DNA from: Saccostrea echinata
Taxonomy: Eukaryota
Direction of reading: 5' to 3'
Length of the DNA: 64,000 nt
NCBI RefSeq assembly: GCF_033153115.1
Contig: NW_026889750.1
Coordinates: 39,308,001 to 39,372,000 of the forward strand
Positions 39,121 to 51,606 of the stretch are shown here, piece by piece. The translations under genes and the position numbers were made by a program. Every line of letters begins with the position of its first letter. The first letter of the stretch is position 1. The notes under the pieces are model-generated. The model was not told the origin of the DNA and made no database searches. It saw only the letters and a program-made list of their open reading frames with translations.

Positions 39121-39656
39121 ATGTGGAATATGAATACTAACCCTTACACATATACATTAATATGATGTGACTTAGATAGATCGTTCTATTGTTAAAATGA
39201 TATTGTCCTACGGACCCAGGGCACTTGGTTTGGGTTGTCCTGAGACACAGTTAGATTATTCTAACTAGATGCGACTGTATATGTTTGTACTTGAAAATGA
39301 GATTTAACATCTATATGTAGTCTGTAGATGGTTTATGTTAACAATATAAGGGAGACTACGATCTGTGGTGATCTAAAGGTAAACGAGTTTAGCCTTTTTA
39401 AATTTTTAATGTTACAACAATAACAAAAAGGTACTTTAACATAAATAAAGATTCCGGAGAAAAAATTACAATGATTAGATTCTCTGATTATCAATCCTTG
39501 AGCTGAGAGAAGCAGGTAGTGAAATGAATAAGTAACGAATCATGTGAGATCAACAACTATTAACAACTGATTAAGTCATTGTCTAAGACAAAGGTAAAAT
39601 ATTGAGAAATGGACTAGTATATCTGATTACGTAGATACTTGTTCTTATAAACATTA

Positions 39657-39748
39657 CCAGGAAAGACAGGAAAGAAGTTTCTTTTTAAGATCACATTGTC
39701 AGCTCCAAACCAAAACAAAGATTTTTCTTCTGTATATTGATGACGTCA
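39657..39748 (-). promoter_or_regulatory. Probable ZRANB1 promoter / non-coding first exon with full CRE palindrome
   Basis: TGACGTCA at 39741-39748, candidate minus-strand donor CCTG|GTAATG near 39656, and an acceptor at 37750 just upstream of the ATG. Confidence 0.35.
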
Positions 39749-39799
39749 CATCTAAATTTACGAATATACTTGTGTAGTTGAAGAAACGAATAATTGATA

Positions 39800-39980
39800 T
39801 CCAGTCAAAGCGCCCCCTAGGAAAACCATCCCGGTCAAAGCGCCCCATAATTTTGGTCAAATCGTCACCTGATTTTGGTCAAAGCGCCCCTTCATAAATT
39901 TTATAGAAAAAAATCATTTCGAAACCGTCCCCAAGCAATGTGCCCCCCCCCCACCTTCTGATTTTGGTCAAAGCGCCCCT
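39800..39980. repeat. Clustered GTCAAAGCGCCCC motifs (transposon subterminal-type repeats)
   Basis: About five copies of (G/A)GTCAAA(G/T)CG(C/T)C within 180 nt, directly upstream of the putative ZRANB1 promoter. Confidence 0.55.
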
Positions 39981-40455
39981 TAGATATTTTTATAGAATGT
40001 TCGTTTGCAAATTTTCAAAAAAAACAAAAAAAAAAAAAAAAAAACAAAGCAAAAACAACAAACAAACAAAAAAAACCCCTAAATTTTATTTAATTTCATT
40101 TCATTTCCCTTTACTAATTTATGCTATTTATTTCATATCCCGAAAAATACATTTCATACTTTATGTTTTAGTTGATTTTTGTTTGTTCAGCGTGTCCCAT
40201 GAAATATTTCATAGATTAAGTTTGAATAATCAGAAGGAGGAATGCCACACCAAAATTTTATTTTATAAACCTTTAAGACATCCCTGATAAGTAGTGGTTT
40301 CAGCATTAAAAGGTCAATATTAGCTCTCAATTATTTAATAAGAATTTTTTTCCTATTTTTAATAGAAAATGAAAAAAATGTTTTATTTGCTAATAAGTAA
40401 CTTTAGGGTTAAAAATTTGCTATTAATAAATGCATAATATGAATGTCTAATAAAA

Positions 40456-40743
40456 CATGGCCGTAGGAACCGGGAGGGCACGGGGGGCGTACCCCCCCCC
40501 CCCAATAATTTTGCCGATATATAGATTACTATAGTAAACATAGATACTATATATGCTTGTGCCCCCTCAATAAAAACGTCTGATGACCTTTTTTTTTTTT
40601 TTTGCTTGTCAAGGAATTTTTGGTGGTTGACGACCTTTTTTCTACTTGTTAGGAAATTTTTGGTAGTGTCCCCTCAACTGTCAACTGACAAATGTTTGGC
40701 TGTGCCCCCCCCCCCCCAACTGAAATTGCTTCCTACGGGCCTG
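40456..40743. mobile_element. hAT-like MITE
   Basis: CATGGCCGTAGGAA ... TTCCTACGGGCCTG termini with G/C-run subterminal motifs. Confidence 0.55.
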
Positions 40744-41260
40744 TAAAATATGATAATAAAGGCTGGATAGTATAGATTCCATATGCGACAACCAACAGCT
40801 TACTGCCAACTGCTTACTTCCAACTGCTAGCTGCTTACTGCCAACTGCCACACATAAATTTTGGGACACATTGTGCTGTTGAAGAAACAAGCATACTAAC
40901 AATGAAATCATCTTAATTCAGCTAATTTTTTCATGACCTCTTCTTTTGTCAAGAATAGGTGCATAATACCTAAAAATGTTTGTATACCACCCCCAAAAAA
41001 TTAATGAAAAAGGAGTGTTTCGAGCTGTTAAATTACGAAGCATCTCGATCAGGTGCGAAACAGAATTGGCGCGAAACAACACAAATCCCCCCCCCCCTCC
41101 ACACACACATACACACGCATGTTCCTCCCAAATAAGTTTTTTTTGTGAATTTCTTATTATCCTTGTGTTTCGATATGTGTGAATTCTTTAAGCATTTGAA
41201 GTAAATCTATATTCTGAATAATTTGAATTTCCACAGCTCTGGGTTGAGTGACCAGTGTAA

Positions 41261-41322
41261 ACTTCCGGTTATTTTACTTCCGGTTGGAGAGAGGGATACA
41301 ATCGTTGAAAAAAACTGTAAGT
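41261..41322 (+). promoter_or_regulatory. Probable MGAT2 promoter and non-coding exon 1 (tandem ETS/GABP sites)
   Basis: Two ACTTCCGG at 41261 and 41277, followed by a strong donor T|GTAAGT at 41317. Divergent from ZRANB1. Confidence 0.55.
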
Positions 41323-41918
41323 ACTCTTTACGTTTTAACTCAAGAGCTTTTTCATATGTTTAAATATGTTTACTAGTTTTGACTGGTAAATGAGGGGTGA
41401 TATGAGTCAACAAGAACTTATAGCATGATTTCAACTCCATTTTCGAGACTTGAATCTATTTACAAAAGGTGAAAGGATTGATCAACAAAGTATCCACGAT
41501 ATATACTTAATAAGAAAGTATCGCACAAGAAACCTTTTATCCAAGCCATATGTATTGTAACATACATTTTAGGAGTGAAAAAAGGCGAAATCATGTTAAT
41601 TAAAATAGAAATTAAACTTACTGTACTCTGAAATGAAACTAAATAACATTCATTGTCAGGGTAGATAAGCCAGAGAATAATGATGATTGTCGATGACATG
41701 TATTAAAAAAGCATACAGTATAAATGTGTGCTACAAATAGGATGTCATTGTGGTTGAATGTTTGGTGCATGGTGGTCTGGCAGTCGCACGGGTTCTTCTA
41801 ATTGCCCAAATGGGATCTGGAATAACCCTCTAATCATACCCCCACCCCCAACCCCTTTTGGAATATAATATGTCCAACATACTGAAACTTTTGGCCAGGA
41901 AATTTTTGAGTATCACTA

Positions 41919-42250
41919 CAGGGGTTGAAATATACAGTAGCCTGATGCCCGGGGCTAGTCATTTTAGGACTCGGGCTAGCTAATTTAAATGTAACGATAG
42001 TCTGTTGGACTAACTGAATGGAAAAAATCCTCGTCCATTTTCTTTTTCTTTCTATATAGTCTGGTTTCTTTTGACTGAGAACTAGTTTAATTTGTTTCTG
42101 TCACCATAGCGTTTGAAACTTTAAATTGTTACATTTTCATTTTGCATTAAAAAAAATTGTTTTGCTACTTAGTTTGAGGTTTGGGCTAGTAATTTTTTAC
42201 TGATCAGTAGCCCTGGGCTAGTGGGATTTCCAGGAAAATTTCAATCCCTG
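41919..42250. mobile_element. hAT-like MITE
   Basis: CAGGGGTTGAAAT ... ATTTCAATCCCTG, with internal GGGCTAG repeats. Confidence 0.55.
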
Positions 42251-44157
42251 CACTATTGCTTTAATAGAGCATTAATCCAAAAGAAGATCCAAAATTTCTT
42301 CTGGTCAATCTCGTAAACTGATGGATGAAGGAAAAACCTTGCATAAAAATTTGTTGCATTCGGTGTACATTTATGTGGGTAAAAAAAAAACTGTTTCTCC
42401 ATCTTTTTTTTTTGCAGAGATGGCAATGTGGTGATTTTGTAATATGACAATTAAGAAAAATTATACATTTGCATCTTTGACTTCTACATTGAATAATTTT
42501 GCAGTTATAAATGCAAATATCAATTATGAATTTTTGAAGATTATTTCACTTTGAATGTCATTATATATTTAATCTGTTGATATTGCAAGGAAGACAACAG
42601 CACATTAATAGTATTAGAGTGTGTAGATTATACATGCAGATATTACCCATGCATAAGTCTTAGCAACTGGTATTCCCTGGATTACTTAAATAATTTCGTA
42701 CTTTAATATAATATATCAGTGATTCTGTATCTTTTTGTTTCACACTTCAGTCATGAGTGGTTTACACTGAAAGTCATCTTTTTGTTTGTGGAGAGGGCTT
42801 ATATAGGCTATGCCTGCTACCCAATCAATTTTATAATATGTTTCAGTACATAATAAGATATGTTCAAATCAAATCTTCTTGTTTGGGCATAATATTAGGG
42901 CTCTCTTTTGAGTATTATTTACATAATTTTCATAGAGTGACGACCATATCTTATGACACCGGTAATAAACAAGTTTTGATATATCAAATAAAAATAGGTG
43001 GAAACTTCAGATTTATATTATAGTATGAGATATCATCAATTAGATACCAGTTAGTAGTAGACTAAGAATACAGTCTCATTACAGATAGCATAGGGGAACA
43101 CAGGATTACTTTGTCACTCTTGAAGAATGTGTGTTATCAGCAATAGGATGTAAAAAAAAAAAAAAATAAAACTAGGGTGTGTTTAAAAGCAAAGGGGACT
43201 CTTGAGAATGTTTGGCTCTAAACATTATTTATTAAAGTTAAAGAGACTGTTTGAAACATAAAAGTTGTGAATAAAGTGGAACCTGGGAGATATTTTCGTA
43301 ATACATTATGTACATGGCATGCTATTAAATTTCATCATAAATTGATATGAAGGTAATTTAACTTTCATGCAGATAAAATAATGTAGAATTTTACATACAT
43401 CATCATGATCGTTAAAAAGGGTTCACATTGCAAGAAAAAAAATGTTTCAAAAAAGGAAGAAAAACAGTATTTATTTATCAGGTTTATTGCTTAGATTAAT
43501 CATCACACATCTTTACCATAAACAATCATGAATAATCTGATACATTACTTTTGAGTTTGGTGTTAGGTTACAGAGAATTTGAGCGACACTGATACAACAG
43601 GTGGTATAGATTAGCCAGAGTTTGTACTGCCTTTCTTTTTAACCTTGTCCAGTGTATATAAGATCTACATTGTTTAATGTGAGGATTACCCACTCGTTGC
43701 TGTGTTTCATAGCTAGTAACAAAATCAGCACACAAAGGCTATATGGTATGGGTTTAAATGCCTTACGTTACACTTTTATCGACCAAACTTTGAACATGTT
43801 AATATTTAATATAAATGGTAAGACCTTTAATTTGCACTACTAACATTATGATTCATGCATAGATAACTTTGAGAAATTGCTTTTGTTTTTTATTATGTAT
43901 GTTTATTGAAGTTTAAGAGACTGTCAAGCAAACATCAATTTGATCATTTTCATAGAAGTTGATATTATTGACCATGTTGACCAATGAGTATGTGAGCGTT
44001 AATGCGAAAAGGACTATATTCTGTAATGGCCAATGTCTGCCCCCAAATCAAACTTTGATGGTGAAATCTTAAATCATGTTCTTAGCCAGGAGGATATGCA
44101 GACTTCAAAGCATTAGACATTGTCATCAAATCACAATTGTGATGTCATAAGTTAGAT

Positions 44158-44333
44158 ACAGTTGAACTTCGGTATCTCGAACACTGATATCTTGAATACC
44201 ATGGATATATCAAAATGATTTGAAAGTCCCAATCCCTTATTCTTTAAGTATTTTACCCAGGATATCTCGAATCCTTGGATATCTCGAAGTTTTTTCTCGG
44301 TCCCATTGGGTTCGAGATAACGAGGTTTGACTG
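44158..44333. mobile_element. Tc1/mariner-type MITE
   Basis: TA|CAGTTGAACTTCGGTATCTCGAAC ... GTTCGAGATAACGAGGTTTGACTG, with internal ATATCTCGAA repeats. Confidence 0.7.
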
Positions 44334-45009
44334 AATGTCAAAAAATTACATAAATTAAACATTTGAATTTTCAATGATTTCAAAATAACTATCAAACAAC
44401 TAAATTGTGCAATAAATTGCAGTCCTTTTTTGTTGGACAGACTGCAAAGCAGGAGTTTTTTTTACAAAGCAAGTTGATCAAGCAGCATCAGTTTCTATGC
44501 CCCAATATGTCCCTATAAAGCTGCTTATTTTGTTTGTTGTGAGAATATTAAGTGTATATTCCAGATGGATCATTTTTAACCACCACAGGCAGCACCAGTA
44601 GCGCAGCAGTATTGTTTGAAAAGAGGTGAAAAGTGAATGTAAAAATTGATGAGCAACTAGGTCAGTCGTTTGAATGTGGGACTTTATGATGTGTATAAAT
44701 TATGTCACAGATTGTCCATTGTTTGTAAGATTTTTGACATTTGTGCATCTTACAGAGAGCCTAAGCAATCCAAAATGTCATCTTATTTTTCTGTAAACAC
44801 AATATACCAGGTATATATAGGTCATAAAGATTGGAATGGATTGTTCTAACTTTGTTGTCGAAGTGAGTTATGATTCATGGAAGTGTAGAAATTGCATGAA
44901 GACAGATTTAATGAAGACAACTGAACAGAGTATTGACCAGTTTTGATAATGGTACTTGAAGGTGTTCATCGGATTTATTGTGTAAACATGGTAAAAGTCA
45001 TACGTCAAG

Positions 45010-46180
45010 TTTTATTATGCCCCCGGATCGAAAGATCCCGGGGGTATATTGTTTTTGTCCTGTCTGTCTGTTTGTCTGTTTATCTGTTTGTTTGTCTGTT
45101 TATCTGTTTGTCTGTTTGTCTGTCTGTCTGTTGTCAACTTTAACCTTGCCCATAACTTTTGATTGGTTGGAGCTATGACTTTCATATTTCACATGTGTAT
45201 TCCTTGTGACAAGACCTTTCTTTGAGTACCATCATATTTGACCTTTTGACCTTGACCTTGGAGTTTGACCCACTTTTGCAAAATTTTATGAGACTTTAAC
45301 CTAGGCCATAACTTTTGAACAAGTGGTGCTTGGGGTTTCAAACTTCACATGTGTATTCCTTGTGACAAGACCTTCCTCTGGATATCAACCTCTTTGACCC
45401 TTTGACCTTGACCTAGGAGTTTGACTTAGTTTTGAAAAACTTTAACCTTGGCCATAACTTTTGAACAGTTAGAGCTAGGGCTTTCATACTTCACATATGT
45501 AATCCTTGTGACAAGAACTTTCATTTGGATACCAACCACTTTGACCCTTTGACCTTGACCTAGGAGTTTGACCTACTTTTGAAAAACTTTAACCTTGGCC
45601 ATATTTTTTGAACGGTTAGAGCTAGGGCTTTCATACTTCACATATGTAATCCTTGTGACAGGACCTAACTTTGGATACCAACAACTTTGACCTTTTGACC
45701 TTGACCTAGGAGTTTGACCTACTTTTGAAAAACTTTAACCTTGGCCATAACTTTTGAATGGTTGATGCTAGAGCTTTCATACTTCACATAATTATTTAAT
45801 CCTTGTGACATCACCTTCCTTTGAATACCAACCACTTTGACTCTTTGACCTTGACATAGGAGTTTGACCTACTTTAGAAAAACTTTAACCTTGGCCATAA
45901 TTTTTGAATGGTTGGTGCTAGGGCTTTCATACTTCACATATGTAATCCTTGTGACAAGACCTTCCTTTGGATACCAACAACTTTGATCTTGACCTTGATG
46001 TTTTACTTACTTTTAAAAAACTTTAACCTTCGCCATAACTTTTGAACAGTTGCAGCTAGGGCTTTCAAATTTAACATTTTTTATCTTTTGGCCTGGATTT
46101 TGACTTGCATTTGAGAAACTTTAACCTTCGCCATAACCTGCCATACGGGGGCATCAGTGTTTCACAAACACATCTTGTTT
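45010..46180 (+). mobile_element. Helentron-associated element with (GTCT/GTTT)n microsatellite and ~147-bp tandem units
   Basis: TTATGCCCCCGGATCGAAAGATCCCGGGGG hairpin start, microsatellite 45057-45132, AACTTTAACCTTGGCCATA units ~147 bp apart, end GGGGGCATCAGTGTTTCACAAACACATCTTGTT. Confidence 0.8.
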
Positions 46181-46433
46181 TTTGACATGTATTAATGGTA
46201 AGAATTTATTAACTTGATTAAAATGAATGATTTATGATTCTCAAAATCAGTTGGCACCTGGACATTTTGTAAGCTCTTTTTTTTTTTTTTTTTTGAATTT
46301 GTGCCATTTAATGTTTCTTAGTTTAAATAAATTTCTGTCAAGAAGTACATGTTTATACATTTAGATAAATGTAACAGAGTTAAAAGTGGCTATGCGTTGT
46401 ATATAGTGAGGCCACGCTCCTACTAGCACTAGC

Positions 46434-46506
46434 TAGCCTGTAGCTCAGTCGGTAAAGCGTTGGATTTTAAATCTGAGGGTTGTAGGTTCAAGCCACAGTG
46501 TGGACA
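46434..46506 (+). pseudogene. tRNA-Lys(TTT)-like pseudogene / tRNA-derived repeat
   Basis: TAGCTCAGTCGGTAAAGC (A box/D arm), TTGGA-TTTTAAA-TCTGA anticodon arm and GGTTCAAGCC (B box) resemble tRNA-Lys. The acceptor and T stems do not pair properly. Confidence 0.6.
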
Positions 46507-49500
46507 CCCCTAGTTAATTGGTCATATAAAGAATATCAAATTATTTGGAAATATGTTTCACAACTTTATACTAAATCTCTTTCTCCTTACGATTTTTAAA
46601 TTGTATGTGTATTGTGATGCAATAGATCAACCCATCAAGTTAATCTAATTGTCATTTGGACAAGTTGCTGACGAATGTTACTCATCCAAACTCATTTTTT
46701 ACTTGTCTGACTTTGAACAGATATAATAGGAATTTGTAGAAATTAATTTTCAAGAATGAAGAAGTTGAAAATAATATTGACTTAGAGATTTGTTTAATAA
46801 TGAAAATAAAAGCATTAATACTGATCTAAAATGCAGTAGCACTCTCTTTAACCTAGTCCTTGAACATTCTGACAATATCTGGTGAAGTGTGACTCATGAG
46901 CCCTTAAGATTGTAATGTTTCGTATTTGATGTTTGTGATTTAAAAAAAATCACAGAGCTAGGTAAATGAATTCTATGGGGATTTTTTTTCCATATTCACA
47001 ATATTCCAATAATTATTTAAAAAAAAAAAAAGTAACTTTGATTGGAAAGTGTTTTTGGAGATTGACTTGACTGATAACAAAATGAAGTGGACACGGGCAG
47101 TCCGACAAACGTTAATGTCCTGATTAAGTAGAAGTTCTAGCCAGAAGGTACCGGTATATTCTGGATTAATGACTCTCTATTTGAAAACTTAAACAGTGGA
47201 AACTGGTTAAAATTCATCAGTTTATGTATGAATTATTCTTAAAAGTAGTAAAATTCTACAGTCATAAATCTCCTATAGGTAGTGAACAGAAGCTTGTGCA
47301 GTTAAATTCAGATTGATTGTAAATAAAATAAATGCAATATTAATAACATTTCTATTTTATTGCATTCAAGCTTTTGTAACATTGATGAAGGGAACTTGCA
47401 CACATTAATAGAATGTTTGGAAGGAGAAAAATAAAGTTAACTGTAAATGAAAAGTCATCTTGCCAGAGATTTTTGATCCACTAGGTACTGCGCTCCCCAC
47501 ATTTTGACTGAGGAGCATAGTAGATTGAGAACCCTTGGCTTGCAAAGATGATAAAAAGTACACATTAAAAAGGAATGTAGACCTCTGTATACGTTTATTT
47601 CTAACCTCTTCCTTTTGTAGGATAGTGTCTTATTTTGGTTTTTAGGCAATTAATGTTATTTGAATCCATCTATATTCTGACACCTGATTTTAAATCCTCC
47701 AGAACATGTATTTCCAAAGGCTGAGCTAATGTTGAAATTCCCATTCATGAGAAGACAGCAGTTGCAAGATAATGTATAAGTTGCTAGTTAAGTATTCTCT
47801 AAATGAGATAATTATACATTGTGTGACTGATTAAAAAATTATTTTGTCACAGGTAACTTACCTACTTAAATTATGTGCAAAGGGCTGTTAAATGAGATAA
47901 AAATAAATCATATTCTTCAGTCTAATTTTAGAATAGTCCTCTAGAAATGTAGGTTAATATGCTTTAATTTTTTGTATACAAATAAGTTTTCTGCTCAATG
48001 ATGTTACATACAACCAAGATAAAGGTACGAGGTAGATATAAATCAGTTGTATTTATCTAAGACTATAGGCACATTTTACATTTGGTAAGAATTCAAACTA
48101 TATTTGATAGAAATTTTGTAAAACTTTACCTAAAACTAAATTGAGATTTAATTGGGCTCAATCCTGTGATATTTGAAAAAAATGTAAAAATTTATGTGAC
48201 TTTTAACATGTTTAACATGTTTGTCATGGAAATGGAGAACTGATAAAACTTGGGTGATTAATTCTGCAGCTAATGCTGTTTGTTTCAAACTCAATCTCCA
48301 TTTTTTATATATATATATATATTTTTGATCAGACTGGCTCACTGTTCCCCAGACATGTGGCTAGACTGGGTCATATGGAGGTACAGTGAGTCAGCAAGTG
48401 CTTCATAAGATCCGTGATTGGCCAAGTACTTCTATAATTTCTTTGTTTACATCACAATCACATTGGCTCATTGGCTATCCTATGTTTTTTAATCTGTAAA
48501 CTTTATGAGCTGCTGAACCTAAGTTTGGGTGTATCTCTGATGCATTGAATTTTGACACATTAAAATTTGTATTAGCACTTGCATATTGAGTAGATAACTT
48601 CTCACTGCAGCACAGGGAGATCCTAGCTGTGAGCCAGAGAGGTAGACTTCCACACGGAAGGATATGAACATGCATTATGTTCTCAAACTTGCAATTGAAT
48701 GTGATGCATACTTAGAAGTATCCACAAGACTTACTCTCTAGGGTAATAACAAAATTTCACAGTGTCATAATATCTAAGTAATTTTCTAAGTTGTATATTT
48801 TTCAGATGTTTTAAGATGAAGTAGGCAATTCCAGAGTCAATGATGGACGACAAAATCAGCATCAAGGATAAAGTTTAATTCTTCAAACACAGAATTGTAA
48901 GTTATCATGGTTATATTCTGAAAATTACTGAACCAAATATTTATTTAATTTTTTTTTAATGTCAAATGTCATGTAATTTGTAACTGGAGACTTTTCAACG
49001 AAAATCTTTGTCACTGGGACAAAAATGTTTCACAATGTAATTATTTTTGGTATTCAATGGCCATCAGCTGTGGAATTCTAGAAAAAGTGCATATAGCATT
49101 TCATTAGTTGCGGAATAAACCATACTTCAGCATAATTTTAAACAATACAGTGAAATGAATAACAGAATTAGCAAACTGACTGCTTATTGTTATGAGACCA
49201 TGGAGCTGTCTGAGATCAGTATATAGTTTTTTTTTTCTATTCGATTGCTAAAAATGTGACACCATCAATTGTGACAGTAGCCAACTCTGACCATGATGGC
49301 AGAAAATATTGACAACTTCATTTATTTTAAAGTTCATTCAGATATCTCTATGGTTACATGACTTTGTATCTGTTAAAGATTACCGTACATGTAATGTGGA
49401 TACATCATGTAACAAGTATTGAGAATTAAGAATTTGTTTGATGAACACAATCAAGCTATGTAGGTCAGTATCACAATTTTCTTAACTTAAGGTAAGCTTA

Positions 49501-51458
49501 TATAAATAACCTCTGTCTTTTCTCTCTCGTGTTAAACTGAATTTAATTAAAGTACTTCTAAGCTTATCCATGAAGATAAGGCACAGGCCCATGTAAGATT
49601 ATATGTTAACATTGACCATGACTAGCATTATAATAAATAGGTCTTAACTCTTCATCATACTATTTCCTGATGACAGATATAAATAGTACATTACATCCAT
49701 ACCCTTCATCCTTAAACACACATGAAACCTCTTGGAATGTTAAAGTTACTTTAACAGTGTGAAATGAGGCAGATGTTTTGAATTTAACAAATTCAAAGAG
49801 AAATTTTCTGAAACTGTCAGAGGTAATTTCTGGGTGTATGTGTGTGTCTGACATAGCATTCTGGCATTTCAGTGTCCATGGTCTGGAGCCTTTATGAACT
49901 CAGTTAATTAAATGTATAAGATGCAATATAGCATAATACTAATTATGAACTTTGATTATAAGCTAGGTGTTAAAGTAAAACATTTTTATTTAACACTATT
50001 AACTTAGGTCCAAGTATTTTATGGAGTATATGGCATACTGGCCATATAGTTTTAGTTTGAAAAATGAAATAGAACATATTTATAACTGCTAGGTTATTTG
50101 TTTGTTCAGGTATGTGATGAGAACATGTAGATATATGATTTTTATCAGCAAACTAGTAATTATACACCGTGAAAAAAGTACCCCCTCGCTGTGATAAAAT
50201 AATCATATACAAGATATGTAGAGTTTTTCTTCATATCAGATAGTGTAAAAGTACTGCTACCTATATACATGATAGAAGAACATTACTGAAAAAGATAATA
50301 TTTAAGCATTACCCATAATGAAATTTTACTTTTTATACCTATTTTCATTATGAAATATAAAAGTTTGTAGTTAATAAGTTCAGATGAAGAAGAAAAACTA
50401 TTGATGTTACATTTGTTTAGATTTTGTTAACTGGTTTTAAGTTAGAAAATGACATGTCATCAAGAACTAAGGATTTTTTAAAATAAAATTTTAATATGAA
50501 TCTGATAGACAAGTAGATGCTTTGAATTCTTCTTTATCAGGATAAAGTGAAGATCGATCCTGATGTTAATGTGAATATGTGAAGTAACATATACAATTTT
50601 TCTTATCCATGCCATGCATAAAGTAAAACATGGTTACAGTGAACATAATGAATTTACATTAACAGTGTATTGATTTTCATTTCCGTAGTTTCAAAACATC
50701 CTTAACTTATCAGATATTATACATATATCACATGCTTTGGGAGGGGGGGATGGGGATATCAGAATATTTGCCCCTTGGTGCAGGAAAGTCATGGAGTGTT
50801 ATGTCAACCACTGCTGAAGTCAGAGGGTTTCATAACACTCCAGGGCTTTCCTGTCACCTCAAGGCAAATATTCTGGTAAAGTCACCCAGGGGTCATGTGA
50901 TATATGTTATAAAACATTTTTAAAAATTTCCTTCATCAATAAGATTGATTATTAGAGTATAGGCAATTAAGGTCAGACGACGTGTTCCTCAATAATATTT
51001 ATTTTTTTTCCAAGAATTTACCATTGAAGTATTGCTATTTTAACAAGTTTTCTCATAAAAAATTAAGGTACCTTACCAGGCATTTGTGCAAGATACCAGA
51101 GGATGCTATTGACTATATAATCCCATTGGAAATCACTAGCATTGCCCAAATTCACAATTATTTTATGTCTATATCTACTTACACATTTTGAGAACAGTTT
51201 AAAAATCACTAGACAATGATAATTATGATTATTTTGTTGTATATTACGAAGAGATACAAAACAGATATTCGAACAACATGTCATCAGACCTTAAAGTGAT
51301 TATTTTGATTTACCAGTGTTTTTAAATCATGAACCTGACCTAATTAATGTAAGTGACAGAGGGTAATCGGGACTGTGTTATAACTTTTCAGCATGTTCAG
51401 AAGAGTGTCACAGCTGTTTCCTTTTTGATTCAACATTCTTCAGGGTATATAGTATTAT

Positions 51459-51606
51459 ACATTTATTGACTGGGTTCTCGGGCAACATGCATTTTGTTGG
51501 ACCCAAGAACCAAACTGTTTGCCTTCGGCCTAACGGCCTCAGGCAAACAGTTTGGTTCTTGGGTCCGACAAAACGCATTTTGCCCGAGAACACAATCAAT
51601 AAATGT
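51459..51606. repeat. 148-bp near-perfect palindrome (hairpin element)
   Basis: ACATTTATTGA..GGGTTCTCGGGCAA..TGC.TTTTGT.GGACCCAAGAACCAAACTGTTTGCCT arm, centre GGCC-TAAC-GGCC, mirrored arm. A more degenerate palindrome lies at ~50722-50906. Confidence 0.85.

Noticed and set aside
46434-46506. Functional ochre suppressor tRNA
   Set aside because: Acceptor and T stems cannot pair; retained only as a pseudogene.
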